Shown here piece by piece: positions 23,854-36,524 of a DNA stretch of 43,823 nucleotides. How positions within the stretch are numbered: position 1 is the first letter of the stretch; each line of letters begins with the position of its first letter. The position numbers and the translations under genes are program-made. This DNA comes from Octopus sinensis (lineage: Eukaryota), in assembly GCF_006345805.1 (NCBI RefSeq), contig NW_021834999.1, positions 1 through 43,823 of the forward strand. Reading direction: 5' to 3'. The notes beneath the pieces were generated by a model. That model did no database searches, was not told where the DNA came from, and saw only the letters and a program-made list of their open reading frames with translations.

Positions 23854-24169
23854 AACACACACTCACACATATATTCATGCACACATGCTTACATATACGC
23901 ACGCACACATACAGTCACTCAAACTTCTCCGCTTTTCGTCGAAAACAAACAGATGAGAAAGATGTTCGCATTCCTGGTTTCTTCTCTAAATACAAACCTT
24001 AACGTTCTTCAGCACCGATTAATATCACAGACAACAAACGCAGATGCGACAGAACGTACAATCATGCGCATTCATATATACTCGAGCATGCGCACATCTA
24101 CATAACCACCCGCATGTACAAACATAAGTATGCGTATGTGTTTACGTATATATGCGTACAGGCACCCCG

Positions 24170-24209
<40 letters not shown>

Positions 24210-24235
24210 ATCTCTTTCTCTCTCTCTCTCTCTCT

Positions 24236-24809
<574 letters not shown>

Positions 24810-25687
24810 CTAGCATTAAAGACCCGTCGTTGCCGGGTCATAGTGCTAGTGCATGTATATATGTGTTTATATATGTATACATATTACATGTACATCTATA
24901 TATATATACATCTACACATAAAATGCAAAATACAAAGTTATATCTTGATATCGCTAGTGATAACAATACTCAAAATATATAACAGACTGGAATTGTTAGC
25001 TCTTCTTTTTCTCTACATTGTATACTTTATAGACAATAGTCTTTTCTTTAATTTAATTTTTTATTATTCATCTGGACTATTCCATTTCTGCACGCTAATT
25101 ATATTTTTAATTTATTCCCATTCATGTGAAACCACTCATTCAAGTTCAAATCATTGATGCAATTTTATACCAATTGCTATTTTTACTTTTGTTATGTTAC
25201 GATTATATTATACTTTGGTTTGATTTTAATTATTACTTACTACATATAATTCAATTGTTATTATTATTTTTATTGTTAAAGTGAAAGAATCTGACATAAA
25301 ATAGAAAAACGTTTTTGTTTCACTTTTAACACGTTATACTGAAATAGTGGAGAAGATATGATATTGCTATGGGCTCGCTCTAGGCAAGAAGTTGAACATT
25401 CTTTTTTTGCCCATGAAACTACATGGACCTTAAGTAAGGGAAGTGTAAAATTTGAATGGAATTGGTTGTGTAGTTCTCAAGTTTTAGGGAATCGTAGTGG
25501 AGAAGATATGATATTGCTGTGGGCTCGCCCTAGGGAGAAAGTAAAATTTTTTTGCCGATGACACCCCTCGGACCCTAAGTAAGGCATGTGTAAAATTTGA
25601 ATGAAATTGGTTGTGTCGTTCTCAAGTTTTAGGGAAACACACAGACATACAGACAGACACACATTCTCAGTTTTATATATATAAAGA
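24810..25687 (-). mobile_element. Non-autonomous Helitron (DINE/Lep1-like)
   Basis: Minus strand 5' TCTTTATATATATAAAACTGAGAATGTGTGTCTGTCTG; 3' hairpin GACCCG-GCAACGA-CGGGTC then TTTAATGCTAG; inserted between A and T in (TA)n; two ~146-bp internal tandem repeats (about 25345-25635). Confidence 0.8.
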
Positions 25688-25715
25688 TATATATATATAT
25701 ATATTATATATATAT

Positions 25716-25758
<43 letters not shown>

Positions 25759-26537
25759 ATATGTATGGTTTTAGAGTCTTAAAAATTTTCACATAATGAG
25801 TAACGAGCCCCCATGAGAGCAGAAAACACCCGTCCCTGGAAATTGTCTCCTGTACATCCATTGGTAAAAAAAATTATCGCCATCTCACCTTATATATAAA
25901 ATAGAGATGTGTGTGTATTCGCTTTTCACGTGTATCTCTATCTCTCTATATCTTGCTATCCCTCTCTGTCTGTATATTTATCTATCTCTCTGTATATGTC
26001 TATATCTTATCTATCTATATCTATCTTGTTTGTCTAACTAGCTAGCTCTCTCTCTCTCCCTCTCTTTATATATCAACCTCTATTGTTTTCACTTTCATTT
26101 TTCAGGTGCTATTGTTTTCCCTTTAAGTTCAATTGCTATTGTTTTTCACTGAAAGTTTTCAATCGCTATTTACAAACAACAATGACAAATTACTGATGAA
26201 AATAATTTCATACATAATTTACTGGCAGAAGTAACTTCATAAATTTCACTTCAATCGGTACACTTCCTTAAATTTGCCTACAAATTTCTTATTTATATTT
26301 GCAACGTTTTGTGTTTTTTGTTGTTGAGGGAATAACTAATAAAATTAAGATCATAATTTACTGACAAAAGTAACTTCAAAAATTTCACTTAAATCCGTAC
26401 ACTTAGTTAATTTCCCTAAAAATTTCTTATTTACTTTTGTAACGGTTTTGTGTCTTTCTGTTGTTAACGGCATTTTTCTGGTTCCTTCGATATTGGCTCT
26501 TTGGTTGACTGACAAATTTCGATTCAACCCGTTGGGG

Positions 26538-26573
26538 TTAGGGTTAGGGTTAGGGTTAGGGTTAGGGTTAGGG
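26538..26573 (+). repeat. Interstitial telomeric repeat (TTAGGG)6
   Basis: Six perfect TTAGGG units read directly. Confidence 0.95.
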
Positions 26574-26689
26574 TAAAATTTCTTATTTACTTTCTGCCTG
26601 TCGTATTAAGAAATATAATTTCCGTTACCCAATTATTTTCATTGTTTACTATCTTCTGTCCCCGTGTATTTCTGTATACGTATATAACC

Positions 26690-27272
26690 ATGCCTAGAAG
26701 GAAAGTGTCAAATTTGTTACAAAGTCAAGGTCAACCAAAGTAATGTCTCTGTCCAGTGAAAGAGAGACAGCTGCAGAAAGGGAAGCATACCGAGAAACGA
26801 ACAGACCGTGCACTACAAAAGCCGAAACATCTTAGAGTGATGAACAGAGGTATGCATAGCTGACAAGGAATAGGATCTCCACTGAAGAACGAGGAGCAGC
26901 TACAACATCTCATAGAAGCAACTTCTATGAAGCAGCTTTCAACTGTGATCTAGCAGTTCATTATGCAGATGAAACTAGATTTTCCATTGGTGCAATGACG
27001 TCTGAGTGCATACATTGCAAAGCAAAGAAGTGGCTTGGAGAGACACCTGCACTATGCTGCAGTGGTGGAAAGGTTAAACTCGGTGCAATCCCCCATCCTC
27101 CAGGGCCATTGAAGAAACTGTTGTCATCAAGATTCCAAGCACTTCCAAAACAAAATTAGACAATACAACGCTGCACTACAGATGACATCATATGGAACTA
27201 CAAGAGACTTAACTGAGTCACAATTCATGCAAACTTTCAAGATCCAAGGTCAGATTTATCATCGGATTGGCC
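26690..27272 (+). pseudogene. Helitron Rep/helicase N-terminal fragment
   Basis: AAFNCD...IGAMTSECIHCKAKKWLGETPALCCSGGKVKL..PPGPLKKLL / KHF..KIRQYNAALQMTSYG...TFKIQGQIYHRIG, typical Helitron zinc-binding and YN/FQMTS motifs; stops and frameshifts. Confidence 0.88.
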
Positions 27273-27603
27273 TCTGTCAAAGGAATCACCAAAATCGGCC
27301 TTTTATTCTTTATAATATGTACCTGTTTTTTTCTTTTACCAAAATAAACTACAGAAAACGTGCTTTGGATTACGTGTTTTTACTTTATATATATATATGA
27401 GTTGAAAACTTTCTTTTAACATTTCACTTAACGTCTTTGTTTTATGCTGGCATGGGTTGGAGAGTTATTAATATAAAATGTTAGTATCTCAGCTACTAGC
27501 AGTTGAGACCTGCGTGATCAAGACGGCGCTTTTAAATTTCATTATTCTCTTTAACCAAGGCAACGTCGGGTATTTCTGCTAGGGTGTGTGTGTATATATA
27601 TAT

Positions 27604-27789
27604 AGTTGCCATGATAGATCGTTAGCCACTACACACATTTTTCTCTCCTTGTTTTTTTCTGTGTCCCTTTCTGTAGAAGAGCGTAGGCTCGAAACCTAAA
27701 AGACTTTTTCTATTCCCGAGCATTATACTAATATATCTGTTTGTTTTGTACACCATCTGTCTTCGTCTTTTGTTGTTTTCGTGAACTCT

Positions 27790-27792
<3 letters not shown>
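27604..27792 (+). mobile_element. Short Penelope-like repeat in a TA microsatellite
   Basis: About 190-bp complex island between (TA)n tracts carrying the hammerhead-like GAGCGTAGGCTCGAAAC hairpin. Confidence 0.45.
27663..27704 (+). ncRNA. Hammerhead-like motif with variant core in a Penelope-like short repeat
   Basis: GTCCCTTT CTGTAGA A GAGC-GTAG-GCTC GAAA CCT A AAAGAC. Perfect 4-bp stem II and GAAAC, but the core is CUGUAGA rather than CUGANGA. Confidence 0.4.
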
Positions 27793-27865
<73 letters not shown>

Positions 27866-28169
27866 ATGCCTATATATGTATATATATATACATGCATACA
27901 TCCACAAGCAGACACACACTCTCACACACGTGTTCACGCCCCCCCCCAAACGGAGACGCACACGTTGCCTGTACGCACATTTCTATGTGTAGGTACATAC
28001 GATACATACAAGCATGATGATGATGATGATGATGGTGATGGTAGTGCCTCGTATCCGAGAAAGAAGGTTCCCTATTTTCTATGTTGAACAAGCTGCACCT
28101 TATAATGGTCAAATGTAGGTGCTGAGTAATAGCTGACTAACTAAATCAAATCGATGTTACCTGAATAGG

Positions 28170-28330
28170 TGGACGGTGTACCCTCACGTCAGGTGTCCAA
28201 GTGATTGGGAGAGCAACGTGAGACGAAGTGTTTTGATCAGGGACACAACGAAACCCGCGGTCCAGGAATTAGGATAACGATTTCATGATCATGAGTGCAA
28301 TGCCCTAACCGCAAAGGGATGCACCCTCAC
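28170..28330 (-). mobile_element. Old SINE, family C-like
   Basis: GGTTAGGGCATTGCACTC...AAAACACTTCGTCTCACGTTGCTC. Confidence 0.55.
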
Positions 28331-28334
28331 GCGC

Positions 28335-28780
28335 ACATACATACATACATACATACATACATACAAACATACATACGTACGTACGCACATACACACGTGC
28401 ATACACACATACATACGTACGTACCTACATACATGCGTACTTACAAACATAACATACGTCCATACATACATATATATGTACATACATACATGCCTACATA
28501 CGTACGTACCTACGTACATACATACGTACATACATACATACGTACATACGTACGTATAGACATTCATAAGTACATACATACATACGTACGCACATACATA
28601 CATATACCTACATACGTACGTATCTACCTACCTACATACGTACATACATACATACATACATACGTACATATATACATACGTACATACCTACTTATATACA
28701 CACACACATACATACACACACGTACATACATATGTACGTACGTACCTACATACATACTTATATACAAACATACATACACG
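28335..28780. repeat. Degenerate (TACA)n/(TACG)n microsatellite
   Basis: Read directly. Confidence 0.95.
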
Positions 28781-29257
28781 TTTTTAGTTTTCCAATAAGT
28801 CTCACAAGTCACGAAAAAGAGGCACTCGTTTATTAGGTAATAAGCTGAGATATACAATTATACAGATATACTTCCACTCACACACACACGTACACGCATA
28901 CACACATGACACAATAGACAAGTGTATATACAAAATGTCTGCCTCTCCTTAGGCAAGCAGCTGGAAGCCACGATTCTAATAATAGACGCCACTCCTTAAA
29001 ACAAGAGCCCTGACTAACTTCCGTAAACCTAATCCTTTATATTCAAATATTCCTATCCTACATTCCGGTGTCTGGGTGGAGGGTAAAGATAAGTGATATA
29101 AAAAAAATTATTCCCCCGTACTCAAGGTGAAACGTTTATTTTTAAATCATCGTGTGTTGTTTAAAGAGTAGTTTAAGAGTTTATCTGTGAAAGTAGCATG
29201 GCGCTGGGTACTTTTAATAGCGTTGTAAACTATTAACTGTATATTTATGTATGTATT

Positions 29258-29415
29258 TATGGCTGTGTGATATGTAGCTTGCTTACCAACCACATGGTTC
29301 CGGGTTCAGTCCCACTGCGTGGCAACTAGGGGCAACTGTCTTCTACTATAGCCTCGGGGTGACCAAAGCCTTGTGAGTGGATTTGGTAGACGGAAACTGA
29401 AAGAAGCCCGTCGTA

Positions 29416-29508
<93 letters not shown>

Positions 29509-29715
29509 TTTGTGTGTCTGTGTTTGTCCACCCAACATCGCTTAACAATCGATGCTGGTGTGTTAACGTCCCTGTAACTAAACGGTTCGGCATAAGAGAA
29601 CGATAGAATAAGTACTAAGCTTACAAAGAATAAGTCCTGGATGTCGATTTGCTCGACTAAAAAGTGGTGCTCCAGCATGGCCGCAGTCAAAATGACTGAA
29701 ACAAGTAAAAGAGTA
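29258..29715 (+). mobile_element. SINE family A
   Basis: Homology to 3733-4131. Confidence 0.85.
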
Positions 29716-29747
29716 ACGATAAATTAAATATAGAGATATTCTATTGA

Positions 29748-30127
29748 CATGGCTGTGTGGTAAGTAGCTTGCTTACCAACCACATGGTTCCGGGTTCAGT
29801 CTCACTGCGTGGCACCTTGAGCAAGTGTCTTCTACTATATTCTTGTGAGTGGATTTGGTAGAAGGAAACTGAAAGAAGCCCATCGTATATATGTGTGTGT
29901 ACATGTGTGTGTATATGTTTGTATGTCTGTGTTTGTACCCCCAGCATCACTTGACAACCGATGCTGGTGTGTTTACGCCCTTGTAACTTAGGTGTTCGGC
30001 ATAAGAGACCGATAGAATAAATACTAGGCTTACAAAGAATAAGTCCTGGGGTTGATTTGCTCGACTAAAAGGCGGTGCTCCAGCATGGTCACCGTCAAAT
30101 GATTGAAACAAGTAAAAGAGTAAAAGA
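29748..30127 (+). mobile_element. SINE family A, tandem to the previous copy
   Basis: Second copy about 30 bp downstream with an internal deletion. Confidence 0.85.
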
Positions 30128-30361
30128 ATGACAATATTACATTAAAAGCTATGAATATAATATATAACAGAGCAGTATTGTATAAATAATTATGAAAACC
30201 GAAGAAGTCCAACTAATTGTTTCGACTTATATATATTTTTTCCTGATATATACAATCACAGTTCAATCATATATAAGTCACTTCAGGGTAAATCGGTTCA
30301 AAAGACGAAATCCCGTTTGAAAAGGACGGCTGGATTACATACATACACACACACGCACACA

Positions 30362-30441
<80 letters not shown>

Positions 30442-31046
30442 ATACATACATACATACATACATACATACATACATACACACATACTTACATATTTGGTGG
30501 CTGCCCCCTCGTTATCGAGTATGGCCATTGCACGAGGCTTAATCAATGTTGTTATCGTGCAATGCATGTGCAAGATTTTTTTTTAAGTAGGGAAAGGGTA
30601 TACATTGAGTCAATTCCACTCACTAAGAAACAGCAGCCATAATCCGAAAAGAAGAACAAGTCAACATCATCGGTAACCATTGAGCCGCGGATTTTATGTC
30701 AGAGTTATCCCAGTTACCTGAGTTACCTTCTCCTAGAGGGATGCCCTAACAAAGGCTAGGAGTCCTTCACTCCAAATGGTTTAACCGCACGATCGGTATT
30801 CAGTCCGATTATTTCTATGTCCCCGCGCATGATCCAGCCTTAAGACATTTATTGGATGGCCGTTGACACTCAAGAGTTACTCCGCCCTTTGACGGGTTTT
30901 GTTTTTCATCCCGGAGGGTGTCCAATAAACACCCTCCTCACCAAGCAAGCTTGGTGGGGTTGCCGGTTTAGTCGCCGACGACCCGACCATGCAGCAGGTT
31001 GTACTGGGTTACATGTTACCAGTAGCACTTAAAAGTCACCTGACAC

Positions 31047-31080
<34 letters not shown>

Positions 31081-31277
31081 CATACATACATATATACATA
31101 CATACATACATACATACATACATACACACACATACATACATACATACATACATACATACACACACATACATACATACTCACACACACATACATACATACA
31201 TACGTACGTACATACATAAATATACATGCATACATGCATTCATACATGCATACACATACATATGTATGAACAATTGT

Positions 31278-31322
31278 TCTGTGCTGATGAAGGGAAATAT
31301 TACGGAAATCGCGATACACAGA
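31278..31322 (+). ncRNA. Type I minimal hammerhead motif with degenerate stem II
   Basis: TCTGTG CTGATGA AGGGAAATATTACG GAAA TCGCGA TA CACAGA. 6-bp stem I, intact core, palindromic stem III ATCGCGAT. Confidence 0.62.
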
Positions 31323-31576
31323 TATTGTTTTGAGCTGAGTGGTGGTGCTAGATTCTTTTATTCGAAATTATAAGGATATAGATCGTGTAGTATAGCCAGT
31401 TGAAGACGATGTCTCCTGGGGCTAAGATACAGCAACATTCGTCCTAAACCAGAACTGCCATGTTATGTTGGGCAAAACTTTTTACTCCAGAATATTTGCT
31501 GTCGCCCATCTTTTATAACAAGACAAAACAATTTACGTGATAACCCTTCCAATCAGTTCAGATCAGAAGCCCATTT

Positions 31577-31790
31577 AAGGCAGCGAGCTGGCAGAATCAT
31601 AGGACTCTGGGCACAATGCTTAGCGACCTTTCGTCCGTCTTCACGTTCTGAGTTCAAATTCCGCCGAGGTCGACTTTGCCTTTCATCTTTTCGGAGTCAA
31701 TAAAATAAGTACCAGTTGAACACTGGAGTCGATGTAATCCACTATTCCCCTCCCACCAAATTTCAGGCCTTGTGCCTATAGTAGAAAAGA
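31577..31790 (+). mobile_element. SINE family B
   Basis: Homology to 6675-6895, followed by (ATT)n. Confidence 0.85.
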
Positions 31791-31831
31791 TTAATATTAT
31801 TATTATTATATTATTATTATTATTATTATTA

Positions 31832-31893
<62 letters not shown>

Positions 31894-31934
31894 GTAGTAG
31901 TAGTAGTAGTATTCCACTTTCTAAATGTTCCTCC

Positions 31935-32290
31935 TCGGTCTCTGTTTTGTCCAGGACTGTAGCTCTGTTAAAGAAACGAGCTAGCTGCGGTAATACGCGT
32001 CTGGCGAATGTCGACTACACCTGTTCACCGCCAAGGAAACACTGGAGATGTAGCTTCTGTGCATATCTGCGCATCATCAACCACGGGATGCCCATGCCAT
32101 CAAGCAGCGGGTGCTGACAGCAGATAAACCGTCTGACATTCCACATAAAGCCGACGAGTATACGCTCCAGCGTAATCAGACAGTGGGTAGGACAAAGCAA
32201 GACGGTCGAGAGATTGTAGATGACGGGCACGATATAGGCGTTAGCCACCTTTGTCCAACCTTTCAGGGAAAGCTTACCCTCGGCCCATTT
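31935..32290 (-). mobile_element. Tx1/L1-like LINE fragment (post-RT region)
   Basis: WAEGKLSLKGWTKVANAYIVPVIY...LERILVGFMW..VRR.ICCQHPL.DGMGIP matches W..R.LSL.GR..V.N...F.W...GGLG.P of L1/Tx1 ORF2. Confidence 0.75.
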
Positions 32291-35200
32291 CTGTATGTTA
32301 TATGTGTTTGTAAGTCCTGGTGTTTTTGTTATGTATTTGTCTGAATATTTTTTTATCATGCCTAATGCACCTACTAGGATAGGAATTGTTTCTGTTTTTA
32401 GATTCTACATTCTGGTTACCTCTATTTCCAGGTCTTTGTATTTTGAAAGATTCTCCATTTCTTTTAGAGACACGTTGTCATCTGCCGGTATTGATATATC
32501 AATTAGAAAGCATTTTTTTCCTTCATGATCTGTGACAACTATATCTCGTCTGTTGGCCTTAATTTCTCTATCTGTGTGTATCGGCATATCCCAGAGTATG
32601 GATGTTTTCTCGTTTTCTGTGACCTTTTCTGGTGTGTGCCTATACCATCTTTTTTCTGTTGTTATTCCATAATGTTGGCATAGCTTCCAATGTATGTAGG
32701 TTCCAACTCTGTCATGTCTGTGAATATATTCCTTCTTAGCCAGGACTGGGCAGCCAGAGATAATATGATTTATTGTTTCTTGTCCATCTCCACATATTCT
32801 GCAGTTACTCGTTATATTTCTTTTCATTACATGTTTTTGGTAATTTCTGGTGGGGAGGCTTTGGTCCTGTCCTGAGCTTCTCAACCATTGTATATTTCTT
32901 TTGCGTTTAGTTTAGTCCAGTATTTACCATGAAGGGGCTTTTCTTGCCATCGTTTTATCATGGTTCGTAGCTGTTCTATTTTTAGTTTGGATTTCATTTG
33001 TTTTATAGCTTTTGTGTTCTTCTTCTTCTTCTTCTTCTTCTTCTTTCCTTCTTCTTCTTCTTCTTCTTCTTCTTTCTTCTTCTTCTTCTTCTTTTCTTCT
33101 TCTTCTTCTTCTTCTTCTTCTTCTTCTTCTTCTTCTTCTTCTCTCTTCATTCTTCTTCTTCTTCTTCTTTTATTCTTCTTCTTCTTCTTCTTCTTCTTCT
33201 TCTTCATATTTATTAGGGGGTATGATTTCTTGTTTGTATTTGTCTTCTTCCTTAAATTCTTGAGAACAGTTTTGTTCGAGCTGTTAGGTAGGTCTGTCTT
33301 TTGCGCTAGTTTCATACAGTATTTTTCCGTCAGAGCTTCCGATAGATTTTTGCAGTCCTATGGTGGTTATTTTATAGTAGTTTTCCAGCTGTATAAGGCC
33401 TCTACCACCTTCTATACGTTGTATATATAGTCTTTCTATGTCAGATTTTGGGTGTGATGCATCCTAGATCCTGTCATTATTTTCTTGTTTTCCTATCTAT
33501 TTTGGTCAGTTCATTTAGTGTCCAGTTAAGGATATTGTAGCTGTAACTTATAACTGGGATAGCTAAAGTGTTAATACCTATTATCTTGTTTTTAGCATTG
33601 AGCTCTGTTTTTAGTATTGATCTAACTCGTCTATAGTATTCTTTTTTTATTTTCTCTTTCATTTGTGTGTGTTGTGTCTTATCTAGTTCATGGATTCCTA
33701 AGTATTTGTAAGTTTGGCTTTGGTCTAATTGTTTTATTTCATTGGTTTTATCTAGTGTAATGTTGCTACTCTTAACTAGTTTTCCTCTTTTCATGGTTAC
33801 TTTGGCGCATTTTTCTAATCCAAATTTCATATCTATTTCTTTGGTAAATCCATGAACTGTCTTTAATAGTGTTTCCAGCTGTTTGTCATTTGCAGCGTAT
33901 AGTTTTAGGTCATGCATATATAAAAGGTGGCTGATCGTTTTGCCGTAACATTTATATCCGCATCCAGTTCTATTTAGCATATCAGATAGAGGTGACAGTG
34001 CCAAGCAGAAAAGGAGTGGAGAGAGCGTGCCTCCCTGGAATATTCCTCTTCTAATGGGGATGGCTTTGGTTTTCATGAGTCCCTCTTTTGTTTGGAGCTG
34101 TAGCACTGTTTGCCATTTATTCATAGAGTGCCCTATGAATTTTATAATTGTTGGTGCTACTTTGTTAATGGCTAGTGTTTCGAGGATCCATGTGTGAGGG
34201 ATGCTATCAAACGTCTTTTTGTAGTCGATCCAGGCCATACTGAGGCCTTTCTTCTTTCTGTGGCTGTCTTCAGTTATGGCTTTATTAATCATTAGTTGAT
34301 CTTTACAGCCATATGAGCCTTTGCGGCATCCTTTCTGCTCTTCTGGAAACAGGTTGTTTTCGTCCAGGTGCTTGTTCAGCCTTTGCGATATCACTGCAGT
34401 AAATGCCTTGTACATTGTAGGGAGACAGGTTATTGGTCTGTAGTTTTCTGGTTTTGCTGTCTCATTTGATTTGGGAATTAAGTTGGTTTTCCCCTTCGTG
34501 AGCCATTCAAGTATTGTCTCTGGCTCTGCTAGTATGTTGTTAAAGTTTTCAGCCAGTTTTTTGTGCATTCCTGTTTGGTATTTCAACCAGAAGTTGGGGA
34601 TCTTGTCATGCCCAGGTGCCTTCCAGTTGCCTAGTCTTTGCAGTGCCTGGGTGACCTCTTCAGTTGTTATGGGGGTCCAAATTTTCTCACATGCTGAGTT
34701 TGTTGTTTTGATACTCCTTTTTTTGGTTGTTCGTTCGCCGACCATATTTCTCTCCAGAATTCTTCCACTTCTTCTGCCGTTGGTGCTGCAGTGATTTCTA
34801 TTTTATTCTTGCCAAGTTCTTGGTAGAACGTTTTGGGGTTGGAGTTGAACTTTTCGTTTTGTTCAAAGAAACGCTGGCGTTTCTCGTACCGGCAGATCCT
34901 TTGTGCTTTGGCTAGGATATCTTGCTTCAACTTTTCTTTTATCTCAGGTAAATCTTTTTCTGTGATGTTATATTTGCGGAGTATTTTTGTTTTCTTTTTG
35001 TTGCTCAGTAGCGTTGATTGTCTACTGATTTCATTAAGAATCGACAGATCTTTTCTCATTTCTTGTATTTTGTTTTGGATGTTATTTATCCACAGGGTTT
35101 GTTTGGGTGGTGATACTCCTGTTTGGATGGGTTTGGGTGAGTATCCAGCTTCTTTTGTGGCTGCAGTGGCTGCTGCGTATACTAAGTCATTTAGCTTAGT

Positions 35201-36350
35201 GATATCGCTTTTTGTTTCAGTGGCTATTAATTCCGTGACGGCTAGGTTTATGCTGTTTATAACTGGTGTTGTTGTTTCGTCTATTTTGATTTTTGGGAGG
35301 TATGGTCGGTGGTCCATTTTGAGCTCTGTGGTTTTCAGTTCTTTGATTATTTTACTTTTTATATTATCATAATCATTAGGCTCCCCTTCGTTGTTTCCAG
35401 GTTTTAGATTTGTGTCACTTTCTTTCTTATTTATATGTGTGTTTGCCGTGTTTTGGCTTGGTGTTTGTCGTGTATTATTATGCATCCTTACGGTCTGGGT
35501 TTGTTGTTTTTTTGTTTACATCGTGTTTGTTGGGAATGTTACGTTTGTCTTCGTGTTTTACTGTTTCAGTGTTTATATTATTGGGCATTGTTGTGTGGCT
35601 TCTATCGACAATTTCCTGGTTTATTTTTTCTTTTAGATGTTCTATTTCTATTTCTGATATTTGTTTTGCCTTGAGAATGTATCTTCGTACGGTAGCTAGT
35701 TTATTAGGGTTCATTGCTGTATCCGAGTCTATATTTATGTTATTTTCCTTCCATATTTTACATGTATGTGTTGTTGTGTTTTCATTTTTTGGGTAGAGCA
35801 CTGCTGTGAAGTATGCGTGTAGGATAGAAATGTATTCCTCACGTGTCCATTTATGTCTTTTGGGTTTTATTTGCGGGACATGAGGAACAACGTCCGGCCC
35901 ATTATTTTGACGGTCGTCATTTTCGTAGGGTACCGGTCCGTTCATTTCTGTTGTCACATTGTTTTGCACGTGTAGTTTTTCGTACATTTTGTGTTGTAAG
36001 TTTAAAGTACGTACCTCCCAATTGTTATTCTTGGGTTGAATAATATCGGTGGTATTTAATTTCTTCGTAGTTCCTTTGTACATGGTGTTTGGGGTCGGGG
36101 ATGATCTGGTGTTGATGGATCGTAATGTTCTACATATGTTTACATGTGTTGTGTTAGAGGTGGAGATAATATCGAGTCAAAATACAACATTTCGTTTCGA
36201 AAATAGTAATAAATTTCAGTGAGTATTACTTACTCGGATACAGTCCAATCCTTTGTTAGTAAATCTTTGGCTCCATACGATGTCCTTGTTTTCGATGTTT
36301 GTGGATAGATTTCGGAGCTCTGTTTTGTCGTTCTTACATCTTAAACGCCC
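32290..36350 (-). mobile_element. R4/Dong-clade non-LTR retrotransposon (RT plus restriction-like endonuclease), near full length, disrupted
   Basis: N-terminal RHKWTREEY Myb-like region (35478-36083); RT 33477-34745 (KAPGHD, YRPITCLPTMYK, EQKGCRKG, GIFQGGTLSPLLF, LLYMHD, YKYLG); C-terminal CRICG..ETINHIISGC..RHD zinc knuckle and DIVV..LIDISIP..K.SKY RLE (32405-32884); several frameshifts. Confidence 0.92.
33017..33205. repeat. (TTC)n tract inside the R4 ORF
   Basis: Read directly. Confidence 0.95.
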
Positions 36351-36364
36351 CCGGTGTATTTCTC

Positions 36365-36491
36365 TTTTCTTCTTTTCTTTTCTTCTTCTTCTTTTCTCTT
36401 CTTCTTCTTCTTCTTCTTCTTCTTCTCTTCTTCTTCTTCTTCTTCTTCTTCTCTTCTCGTCTTCTTCTTCTTCTTCTTCTTCTTCTTATTA

Positions 36492-36523
<32 letters not shown>
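36365..36523. repeat. (TTC)n then (ATT)n microsatellite
   Basis: Read directly. Confidence 0.95.
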
Positions 36524-36524
36524 T

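Larger units (their letters stand above)
25883..27582 (+). mobile_element. Internally deleted Helitron retaining the Rep/helicase N-terminus
   Basis: 5' TCTCACCTTATATATAAAATAGAGATGTGTG; 3' GGCAACGTCGGGTATTTCTGCTAG; ~140-bp internal direct repeats (26214-26470); disrupted ORF 26690-27272. Confidence 0.75.

Noticed and set aside
26538-26573. True chromosome end
   Set aside because: Only six units, embedded in a Helitron with ordinary sequence on both sides.
33477-34745. The 422-aa ORF as an active RT or domesticated gene
   Set aside because: The catalytic YxDD reads YMHD, the ORF is frameshifted at both ends, and the element has deletions.
36200-36350. HDV-like ribozyme at the R4 5' end
   Set aside because: Two crossing stems (GCTCC/GGAGC, AAATCT/AGATTT) exist on the minus strand, but P3/L3, P1.1, P4 and the J4/2 cytosine could not be placed.
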